A DNA stretch of 35,115 nt from a virus. Lineage: Duplodnaviria; Caudoviricetes. The DNA lies in the IMG/VR virus record IMGVR_UViG_3300029822_000040, positions 1-35,115 of that record, one strand, 5' to 3'. Below, one piece after another: positions 26,008 to 33,224 of this stretch (its first letter is position 1; each line of letters opens with the position of its first letter). A model generated the notes under the pieces. That model saw nothing but the letters and a program-made list of their open reading frames with translations, did no database searches and had not been told where the DNA came from. The position numbers were made by a program, and so were the translations under genes.

Positions 26008-26121
26008 TATGGGTCCATGTACCTCTCCCCCACTCTCGAAAAACTTGTCCGCCTCTCTTTTGAGTGGGTGGGGCGGTCCCCTTGTCTGGGGTAGGGGACT
26101 GCATTGCCCTGTAGACCCATA
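26008..26121. other. GC-rich nested inverted repeats, candidate structured ncRNA or cis element
   Basis: TATGGGTC/GACCCATA, CCCACTC/GAGTGGG, GTCCCCT/AGGGGAC, plus crossing CCGCC/GGCGG. Confidence 0.45.
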
Positions 26122-26237
26122 CAAAAAGACCCGTACGGCGTACATCTAGTAAACGGTGGGGCGCTGCTAGTTAGTCATAGGGGCGAAGTATACGGCGTAT
26201 AGTGGGGTAACATTAAAACAGGGGGGTTTCCCAGCAC

Positions 26238-26402
26238 ATGGAATGGGCACAACTGCTAGGCATGATAGGGGCATCGTTAGCGATTATCGGATGGAACATG
26301 GAAGAAGTCGAGGTCGAAGAAGAAGTAAAGGGCAGACGTAAAAAAGGGTCGGACGATGATAGCGAACCAAAAACAAAATGGGTTATCGTTAATTGGAAAT
26401 AA
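26238..26402 (+). CDS. Small putative membrane protein, 54 aa; the only credible + strand gene (not in ORF track)
   Basis: MEWAQLLGMIGASLAIIGWNMEEVEVEEEVKGRRKKGSDDDSEPKTKWVIVNWK; AGGGGGG RBS; stop followed directly by a hairpin terminator. Confidence 0.7.
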   Translation: MEWAQLLGMIGASLAIIGWNMEEVEVEEEVKGRRKKGSDDDSEPKTKWVIVNWK

Positions 26403-26447
26403 AAAGAACGCGCAGCCTGGACTTACAGGTCTGCGCGTTCTTCTTTC
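26401..26447. terminator. Bidirectional intrinsic terminator
   Basis: AAGAACGCGCAG/CTGCGCGTTCTT stem with A-run on the left and T-rich run on the right, between convergent genes. Confidence 0.85.
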
Positions 26448-26656
26448 ATATGCTCGATGATATAGTCAGCGCTGTAGGGTTCGCCGTCGGATAAATAGAA
26501 CAGGCGACCATGTGGCGTATAGTGGTCCAGCCATAAACATTGTTCACAGGCGAAGTTTGCCGCTAGTTTACATACGTGGGGACTCTCGAAACCATCGACT
26601 ATTGCCTGGTGGATAACGTCAAAATGTTTTGCGATTAGTCTATCAATTACTGTCAT
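26423..26656 (-). CDS. Hypothetical protein
   Basis: AAGGGGG RBS; coupled to the upstream gene. Confidence 0.7.
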   Translation of the reverse strand: MTVIDRLIAKHFDVIHQAIVDGFESPHVCKLAANFACEQCLWLDHYTPHGRLFYLSDGEPYSADYIIEHMKEERADL

Positions 26657-26879
26657 TGGAATGACCCCCTTGCATAGCCGTTACAATGGCATCGACACGT
26701 TGCATAGTATCGGGGTGGGCTGCGCGGTATAGCTCCAGCATTTCGGCTAGTATTTCACGTTGCCCCGTACCTTTTCCTAAAACCGTGGCTAGGGTGTCTA
26801 ATGTGAGTTTTAACTCTGGTTTAATCTTAGTACCATAGGATACCAAGTTTTTGCTTTCTGGGTTTGCAGGTCTTGCCAT
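26643..26879 (-). CDS. Putative ribbon-helix-helix DNA-binding protein
   Basis: MARP start, beta strand LVSYGTKI, helix PELKLTLDTLA, turn G, helix QREILAEMLELY; AGGAG RBS before ATG 26879. Confidence 0.6.
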   Translation of the reverse strand: MARPANPESKNLVSYGTKIKPELKLTLDTLATVLGKGTGQREILAEMLELYRAAHPDTMQRVDAIVTAMQGGHSNDSN

Positions 26880-26932
26880 AATTGAATCGCTCCTATTCAA
26901 AAATTATTATGTTTAAATATTTAACTATTTAT

Positions 26933-26961
26933 AATATAAACGTTTAAATATTAAAAGTAAA
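26933..26961 (-). promoter_or_regulatory. Sigma-A early promoter
   Basis: TTTACT-17 bp-TATATT; closely resembles the promoter at 25922-25950. Confidence 0.65.
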
Positions 26962-26969
26962 CCCTCCAG

Positions 26970-27079
26970 CAAAAAATAATATATAAATTAAATTTTTTTG
27001 AGGGGGGGTATAAACTACAAAAAAATTGCCCATTCTAAAATTAACAAAAAAGTAACCCCCCTAAAAAAATAAGAGACTT
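26970..27079. repeat. Right arm of long inverted repeat (partner 1-110)
   Basis: 45-bp perfect core at 26970-27014 plus 65 bp of degenerate flank. Confidence 0.95.
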
Positions 27080-27191
27080 ATATATTATATCTATTATATA
27101 TATCTATATATTATATATATTTATATATATTTATTATTTATATATATAGTTATATATAGTATATATACTTATTTAATTTTTTAATTTTATA
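27079..27191. repeat. (TA)n-rich low-complexity tract, candidate DNA unwinding element/origin
   Basis: ~110 bp with only about five G/C; TATATATA runs; palindrome AGTATATATACT at 27158-27169. Confidence 0.7.
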
Positions 27192-27209
27192 CGCTGGAAG
27201 TTTTTAGGC

Positions 27210-27243
27210 AAAACAAAAAAGCCCCAGGTACTAGACCCAGGGC
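27210..27243 (-). terminator. Intrinsic terminator of the lysis/late operon
   Basis: GCCCTGGGT-CTAGT-ACCTGGGGC then TTTTTTGTTTT. Confidence 0.85.
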
Positions 27244-27268
27244 ACCACTAAAATACACACACATAACG

Positions 27269-27302
27269 CCAGGTAGGGGACTGCTCCGTCTACCTGGTTT
27301 TT
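27269..27302 (+). terminator. Putative + strand intrinsic terminator
   Basis: CCAGGTAG...CTACCTGG followed by TTTTT on the + strand. Confidence 0.6.
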
Positions 27303-27323
27303 CTTGTTCAGTTTAGTAAAAGC

Positions 27324-27572
27324 TTAGGACTTGTTACGGTCCTGGTTAACCCCGAATGTACTGTAGACGCCTGTCCCCATAGCCGCGTAAGCTACCAGGT
27401 CGACGAACATACGAAAGTCCTCTTGCTGGATAACTGCCCAGCCGTAGTATAAAGCCGTTTTTGAATACGCCGTGTAGACGAACCCCGCTGCTGCAGCTAA
27501 AAATAATGGGTTTTTGACACGTTGTACGAAGTTAGCACGTTTTTGTTGTACGGCGTTCTTTTTGTTTGGCAT
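27324..27572 (-). CDS. Holin (two transmembrane segments)
   Basis: RVKNPLFLAAAAGFVY and second hydrophobic helix; directly downstream of the endolysin; ATG 27572 after AAGGGGGA. Confidence 0.8.
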   Translation of the reverse strand: MPNKKNAVQQKRANFVQRVKNPLFLAAAAGFVYTAYSKTALYYGWAVIQQEDFRMFVDLVAYAAMGTGVYSTFGVNQDRNKS

Positions 27573-27585
27573 GATAGAGTCCCCC

Positions 27586-28350
27586 TTAGGATGGTATTGT
27601 TTCGGCATACGCTAAAATCTTACGGCGTTGCATTTCTTGAATCGCATTACGTGCAACGGTTTCCGACGGGTAGGTGCCTGTAACAAAGCGCCATTTAGTG
27701 CCCGCTGCCTCGATGCGTACGTATTCTGGCTTCGCAATGCTGTAAGTGCCCAGCGCCTTACGTGCCGTTTCTGCTTCGGCTTTCGTGTTGTAGGTGCCCG
27801 ATTGCACACGATACAGCTTGCCGTCGCTAGGACCCACGGCTGTCGGTCCTTTGTCTTTTACAATGAGCTGCACTTTCATGCTGCTGTTAGAGGGTACACG
27901 CACTTCGCCCTCTAGCTTGTAGCCTGCAGGGGCTTTCCAGGTAGGTGATACCTCAAAGTGCGGCTGGTCGGTCTTGCCTGCAGCCACCCAGCTCGATTGC
28001 CCGCCCCATGTAATGCCCAGGCGTGCAGCGATAACCCCGACGCGTTTTAGCGTGTTCGCATCGTATAGCGCCTTTGGCGGTGCTACTGCAATGTCCCAGG
28101 CTCTACGCGACGTATGGTTACTAGAAGTGGTCCAGGTTACTTTTGATAGTTTTTTACCGTTTGCGTCATACAGGATAGACCGCCCGATTTTCCATAGATA
28201 ATCTTGGCGACCCTGGCTGCGGTACGTTTCTGTGATAAAAATGTCCTTAATACCCGCCTTATAGCATTCCTGGAACAATAAACGGCAGGCTAGCTCCGCC
28301 GCGCCTGTTAACTCTCCTAAGTCCCTGCAGGTAGTTGTTACACTTGTCAT
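27586..28350 (-). CDS. Endolysin: M15-family L-Ala-D-Glu peptidase with C-terminal SPOR-like repeats
   Basis: ETYRSQGRQ, SNH-x6-D, DQPHFE zinc ligands; YRVQSGTY and WRFVTGTY SPOR repeats. Confidence 0.93.
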   Translation of the reverse strand: MTSVTTTCRDLGELTGAAELACRLLFQECYKAGIKDIFITETYRSQGRQDYLWKIGRSILYDANGKKLSKVTWTTSSNHTSRRAWDIAVAPPKALYDANTLKRVGVIAARLGITWGGQSSWVAAGKTDQPHFEVSPTWKAPAGYKLEGEVRVPSNSSMKVQLIVKDKGPTAVGPSDGKLYRVQSGTYNTKAEAETARKALGTYSIAKPEYVRIEAAGTKWRFVTGTYPSETVARNAIQEMQRRKILAYAETIPS

Positions 28351-28371
28351 GTGGTCGTGCCCCTTTCATGC

Positions 28372-28665
28372 TTAAATGATGATGGATACCAGCGCAATGA
28401 TTGCAGCGATAACCGCGACAATAACGCCCGCCCATGCTGCGAATAACCCTTTGTTGTCCCGCTGGTTGTCTTTTAGCTCCTGGATTTCCTTGTCCCGCGC
28501 CCTAAACATTTCGGCAACCTCTGGACGGGTCGGGTAGGACTCCAGCATTTTGTCTACTTTGCTTTCCATACGCAGTATGGCATTGTTTGTTTGCTCGACT
28601 TGCACTTCCATTTTTGCTAGGCGTTCTATCTCGGTCGTGGACGTGATTGTCACATCTGCAGTCAT
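28372..28665 (-). CDS. XhlA-like lysis/holin accessory protein
   Basis: ERLAKME coiled coil plus C-terminal TM helix; first gene of the lysis cassette. Confidence 0.7.
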   Translation of the reverse strand: MTADVTITSTTEIERLAKMEVQVEQTNNAILRMESKVDKMLESYPTRPEVAEMFRARDKEIQELKDNQRDNKGLFAAWAGVIVAVIAAIIALVSIII

Positions 28666-28685
28666 ATCGCCAGCTCCCTTCATGT

Positions 28686-28715
28686 AAAAAGCCCCCAGCG
28701 TAAAAGGCTAGGGGC
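28686..28715 (-). terminator. Intrinsic terminator between tail and lysis genes
   Basis: GCCCCTAGC...GCTGGGGGC then TTTTT. Confidence 0.75.
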
Positions 28716-28723
28716 GGTTTAGA

Positions 28724-28957
28724 TTATTTCGGCTCTGGAACGACGGTTGTCACGTAATTCATTGTGTCGTCGTATTCTTGCTGCGTAATGTAGTTTTTCG
28801 CTAGCGCTGCGTCGATTTCCGACTTTGGAAACATCGTTGCGGCATACTGTTTTACAGGCTCCACGTAATGTGCGGGAATCTCTGAAAGCTTTTCTTGTCC
28901 CCAGTTGTAAATACTTCTTGCGTACGGTCCTACACGGAATGGATAAACGGTTGTCAT
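28724..28957 (-). CDS. Small tail-associated protein (XkdX/CD1375-like)
   Basis: ITQQEYDD motif; second small gene after the tail fibre. Confidence 0.6.
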   Translation of the reverse strand: MTTVYPFRVGPYARSIYNWGQEKLSEIPAHYVEPVKQYAATMFPKSEIDAALAKNYITQQEYDDTMNYVTTVVPEPK

Positions 28958-29169
28958 TGTGTCATGCCCCCTAGTATGAAGTCCATAAACTCGGACATAT
29001 CTCTGTTTGTTTGTGTTATTTTTTCTTCTAGCTTTGCAGCCCTTGCCTCTGCCGCTTCTGCGCGAGCTTCGGCTTCTCGTAGTTCTTCGTCGGGTGACTT
29101 CGAGCCTTCGACATATGGCTCAAACTCTTTTAGTTCGCCCGTTTCTTCGTCACGACGTCGTATTTTCAT
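28954..29169 (-). CDS. Tail fibre chaperone-like coiled-coil protein
   Basis: Position after the fibre gene, short coiled coil, XkdW-like C-terminus. Confidence 0.55.
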   Translation of the reverse strand: MKIRRRDEETGELKEFEPYVEGSKSPDEELREAEARAEAAEARAAKLEEKITQTNRDMSEFMDFILGGMTQ

Positions 29170-31658
29170 TATTTAATCACCCCAGATAGCATTTTTATTG
29201 TGCCCGTGCCTGTCATTGTGAGGCGTAGGGTCGTTTTAATCTGCGGACTCGCATTTTCATACACAAACTCGGCTTCCTTGTTTGTGCCGTATATAACGTC
29301 CCCTGTGTTGGTCATAGGGACGTATGCCTCGTCGACGTTCCCAGCACCCATAAAAATATCGGCGGCAATCGTCGCATCTGGCGTATGCACAACCCAGGCT
29401 GTCACACCTAACATATTTTGAGCAGGCTGGAGAACGTAATAGCGTGCATCGGCAATCACTAGTGGCGTATCCTGCGCCGTTTTTGTTGCTGTTTTCGTGA
29501 CCGCATACGCTGCGTTATACGTGTCTGTCGCCGTAAATACGAATGTGTTTGCGCCTAGTGCCAGGTCGCTTACTTTAATCGTGTGTGTCCAGGTACCATC
29601 CGTCCCGTTGTAAATCTCTACGGCGTCTTGGCTGCCGTGCTTAAACGTGACTTTTACGGCGTTTCCGTCGGGGTCGGATACTGACCCTTTGACCTGGATA
29701 GTGTCGACCCCGATAAGGTTCGTTACCGTCTCGAACGCATCGACCGTTAATATAGGGTTTCGGTTCGGTACGACATTAAACGTGCGCGAGTCTACAGCCG
29801 ATTTGCCGCCCTTGTCGTCGATTGCGTACACTTTTAACGTGTGCGGTGTATCCTTCGACAATTCCTGCGTAACGGGTGCCCCTTCATAGTACAGGCGCCC
29901 AGCCGTGAACGTAAGGGACCGCGTGAAGTTAATCGCCGTTTTGCCATCCGATATAGCGAGTCCAAAATTGACCTCGGCTTCATTGTCAATCTGATAACGT
30001 ACCGTTACGGCGTCCCCGTTATCCAGGTCGAACGCTTGCCCTTTGATAGTGAATACGCTCGCTTCGTATAACGTTTGGTTGTCCTCTGTCGTAAGGGCAA
30101 TCGTCGGGTTATTATTCGCTGTAATGTCGCCAAAGAAGTTGACCGAATAAGTTTGTGTGTCATACGCGACAGGTGGGTAGCCAACGCTTCCAGCCTCTTT
30201 CCCAAATAGTACGCTAAACGTAGGGTCGTATAGTGTGCTAGGATTTGCTAGATTGTAACTAGTTGACTGTATCGTTTTCCCCGCTGACCATACGCCGTTA
30301 TTACATTCACGCACCTGTATTTCGAGATACGCACCGTTCATGCGTTGTTGCCATGCAACAAATACCGTATTATTCTTGTCGACGGTTATTGACGGGTAGT
30401 TAGGGTTGTATGACGAGCTGTAGGATATGCTTGTTTGAATGCTCCATGTTAACCCGCCATCGGTCGACTTCGAATAGTAAACCGCGTTTGCGTTGGGCGT
30501 CCATACCAGATGAATGACGCCGTTTTGGTCAACAACGGCTGACGCACTATATTGTAGTACAGTGCCCCCATTTATAACCACTTTGTAAGTCCAATTACCC
30601 TCTTTAAATGTTGCGGAATATATTTGATAACCACCGCTATACGCTCGGAATACTACAGTTGGAACGCCTTTATACACTACAATTGTTGGGTCAATTCTGT
30701 CGTTACCCGTTGCGGCGTCCATACTTAATGCGGTAGGCGTATTCCATGTTACACCCCCATTACTAGACGCTGCATAGTAAATGTTAGTCGTGTTAGGGTG
30801 TGTTGCGTTTCTACATGCCCATGCTGCGTATAGATAGCCTGTTGACGGGTCTACTGTTAGGGTCACACCTGCTGTCATTGTTAAGTTGTTATGGATAATA
30901 GTTGTGAATAAACTGTTTATATCCGTATTCACAACGGTTGTTACATCTACCTTAGCATGACGTATTTGTGCCTGGTTCCACCCAGAAATAATGTGTAGCG
31001 TTGTGCCGTTCGCCACAATGGTAACGTCAAGCGAAGAACCTGGCAAGCTTGTGTACATTAATTGCCTGTAGCCTAACCCGTCGCGCTTATCCACATAAAA
31101 GTAGTGGTATCCTGCGGTTTTAGCTACAACTACTATCCAGCCATTAGACATAAGCGCTGTTTTACGCCCATTGTTACCCGATACGCTGTAGGGGCTATTA
31201 ATGACCATGCCTTTAGGTAGGGGACCCGCAACGGCACCCCTCACGTACCAATAGTTGTCACTGTGTTTCCCGTTTACGGGGTACGTGCCATCCTCTGCGA
31301 TAATATTGCTTTGTACGAGTGTCCCTTGTACTTCGTAGGAGCTAGTACCCCTATTTTCTAGCCTACGACGGTATAGTTTCGCATCTATACTGTTATAAGC
31401 GACGCCGCTGTTTTTAGCTTCCATCATGTCTAAGTCTATGGAATCTAGGTAGTATGCACGGTCGCCTGTCTTTATGTCGTCATAGGTGCTCCATTGCCCG
31501 CCACCTAACGTATACGTACCACTACTCGAATTCCAATACGCCGCCTTGTAAGCACCAGAAAACACCCCAGCGCTAAACTCGTTATACAGTACTTGTGGCG
31601 GCTCTGTGTACGTTGTGACTACTGCCGTCGTATATTTATTGTAATAATATTGAACCAT
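29169..31658 (-). CDS. Tail fibre/receptor-binding protein with Asp-box beta-propeller and Ig-like domains
   Basis: Asp-boxes SSNGGVTW and STDGGLTW; N-x2-P...D-x-D-x-G Ig-like repeats; position after the baseplate genes. Confidence 0.8.
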   Translation of the reverse strand: MVQYYYNKYTTAVVTTYTEPPQVLYNEFSAGVFSGAYKAAYWNSSSGTYTLGGGQWSTYDDIKTGDRAYYLDSIDLDMMEAKNSGVAYNSIDAKLYRRRLENRGTSSYEVQGTLVQSNIIAEDGTYPVNGKHSDNYWYVRGAVAGPLPKGMVINSPYSVSGNNGRKTALMSNGWIVVVAKTAGYHYFYVDKRDGLGYRQLMYTSLPGSSLDVTIVANGTTLHIISGWNQAQIRHAKVDVTTVVNTDINSLFTTIIHNNLTMTAGVTLTVDPSTGYLYAAWACRNATHPNTTNIYYAASSNGGVTWNTPTALSMDAATGNDRIDPTIVVYKGVPTVVFRAYSGGYQIYSATFKEGNWTYKVVINGGTVLQYSASAVVDQNGVIHLVWTPNANAVYYSKSTDGGLTWSIQTSISYSSSYNPNYPSITVDKNNTVFVAWQQRMNGAYLEIQVRECNNGVWSAGKTIQSTSYNLANPSTLYDPTFSVLFGKEAGSVGYPPVAYDTQTYSVNFFGDITANNNPTIALTTEDNQTLYEASVFTIKGQAFDLDNGDAVTVRYQIDNEAEVNFGLAISDGKTAINFTRSLTFTAGRLYYEGAPVTQELSKDTPHTLKVYAIDDKGGKSAVDSRTFNVVPNRNPILTVDAFETVTNLIGVDTIQVKGSVSDPDGNAVKVTFKHGSQDAVEIYNGTDGTWTHTIKVSDLALGANTFVFTATDTYNAAYAVTKTATKTAQDTPLVIADARYYVLQPAQNMLGVTAWVVHTPDATIAADIFMGAGNVDEAYVPMTNTGDVIYGTNKEAEFVYENASPQIKTTLRLTMTGTGTIKMLSGVIK

Positions 31659-31673
31659 GAATGAACCCCCTCT

Positions 31674-32267
31674 CTAGACAATTGCGACGCTGTACGTCGT
31701 CAAATTGCCTTTCTCTAAGTGTCCTTGCGCCGTATTTCGTACCATCGTAGAACGCGCGACTACAGCGCCTTTTTTGTACGAATTAATGAGCTGGTTAACC
31801 GTGACTGTTTTGTCGGCGTGGTTTACAGCCCTTACAATGACATACTCGAAGTTTACGTCGTCGGCAATCGTAATTTCATGATAACGATTGAAGCCTATTG
31901 TTTCGTCTAGCTGCAGCGTCGTTGTGCCTGCAGCATGGGCTGTAATCATGCGACCTTTTCCGCTGCCATAGGCAAGTAAATGCGGGTCCTTGTCGTCGAT
32001 AGTATCGAAGAATGTCCCGTTATTCCCATCTGCGCGTCCGTCAATCGCCAGGTATACAGAATGTCGGTCGACTTCGCGCTGCATGTCTTTTAACCATGCC
32101 CAGGCGCCCAGGATACCGTCCTCGATATTGTTCATACGAATCTCCGTAAATCGTGTCCCTTGTTGAATGACTAACGGCTTACCTGTCGCTGGGTCAATCA
32201 CTTCGGGGTCAATAATATGGTCCTTCCATATGTTTGCTACGTACGGGTTTGAAGGTACATACACCAT
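31674..32267 (-). CDS. Baseplate/tail fibre attachment protein
   Basis: WKDHI...IQQGT...MNNIEDGI motif typical of fibre N-terminal anchors. Confidence 0.65.
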   Translation of the reverse strand: MVYVPSNPYVANIWKDHIIDPEVIDPATGKPLVIQQGTRFTEIRMNNIEDGILGAWAWLKDMQREVDRHSVYLAIDGRADGNNGTFFDTIDDKDPHLLAYGSGKGRMITAHAAGTTTLQLDETIGFNRYHEITIADDVNFEYVIVRAVNHADKTVTVNQLINSYKKGAVVARSTMVRNTAQGHLEKGNLTTYSVAIV

Positions 32268-32566
32268 TAGTTGACTTCCCCTTTCAATGTAAATTCAAAG
32301 ACTATCGTGAAACCGTCGTCGCCTTTTATCACGTGTATAGCGTCACCTGCTAGCTCGGCGCCTACGTTATCTACGAGTACAGCCTCTGTAATCGTGCCTT
32401 GTACGTCGGCGATATACACGTAAATACGTATCGTGTCGTCTACGATGTGCGTACTTTTGATAGCGTAGGTCCGTAGCTCGCCGTCGATTTTTACTTTTGC
32501 TGCAACGACTGCCAGGACAATTGTGTCACGCAGTAATTCCAGCAGTCGCGGTCTAATCACCGTCAT
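32267..32566 (-). CDS. Baseplate-associated protein
   Basis: GTITEAVL motif; synteny after the DUF2313-like gene. Confidence 0.6.
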   Translation of the reverse strand: MTVIRPRLLELLRDTIVLAVVAAKVKIDGELRTYAIKSTHIVDDTIRIYVYIADVQGTITEAVLVDNVGAELAGDAIHVIKGDDGFTIVFEFTLKGEVN

Positions 32567-33224
32567 ACAATAACCCCCCAGGGTAGAATGTGTTACATAT
32601 CGGATACTCCACTGTGAAGCCCCGTTGTTTGAATTGCACCGTCGGGCTGCCTGCTATACGTTTACCGTATTCGTCCCTCGTTGTATGGAACATGTTGCAA
32701 ATAGGCAAGGGCACCACATAGCCGCGCAGCTTGCCTGTGACAATGATTGCGGGACCTGTGATACGTAGCTGATAGCGTGCCCCCAGATGTGCATGTATTA
32801 CGTCGTTTAATTGCTTTTGAAAGCTGCTTACATCGGCTGGATAGTCGCCCGTAAACTCAATCGTAAAAATGCCTGTTTGTAGGTCCAGGTCGATAATCAG
32901 CTCATTTTCGGTGTACGCCTTCGCAATACTGCGTATCATGGCGACCGAAAAGTTGCCGATACTTCGCAATTTCCCCAGCACTCGACTTCGACGTACGGCG
33001 TAGCTATCGGCTTCAATAGTGACAATACTTACGGCGCGTTCCCAATATTTGAGTCCCCAGGTCGCTGTCCGTACATGTAGCTGCTTTTTTATGTCCTTCG
33101 TATCGGCTCGCACGTTCGCTAGCTCTACGGCAATCGTGTGCTGTATCTGCTTGTATACCTCGGACGTATGATAGTAGTCTGGCGCGCTGGCTAGCATACG
33201 TTGGTAAATGACTTCGGTTGTCAT
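32553..33224 (-). CDS. Baseplate wedge protein (XkdU/DUF2313/YmfQ-like)
   Basis: PDYY, TATWGLKYWE, RRSRVLGKL, HAHL. Confidence 0.88.
   Translation of the reverse strand: MTTEVIYQRMLASAPDYYHTSEVYKQIQHTIAVELANVRADTKDIKKQLHVRTATWGLKYWERAVSIVTIEADSYAVRRSRVLGKLRSIGNFSVAMIRSIAKAYTENELIIDLDLQTGIFTIEFTGDYPADVSSFQKQLNDVIHAHLGARYQLRITGPAIIVTGKLRGYVVPLPICNMFHTTRDEYGKRIAGSPTVQFKQRGFTVEYPICNTFYPGGLLYDGD

Noticed and set aside
25603-26149. Overlapping 180-aa (-) and 166-aa (+) ORFs
   Set aside because: Both run through a clear promoter and AT-rich UP element; the real gene starts at ATG 25890 with an RBS
25990-26230. tRNA gene in the intergenic gap
   Set aside because: No T-loop GTTCRA motif or cloverleaf spacing on either strand
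29169-31658. Diversity-generating retroelement or invertible tail-fibre cassette
   Set aside because: No reverse transcriptase, template/variable repeat pair, invertase or alternative fibre ends seen
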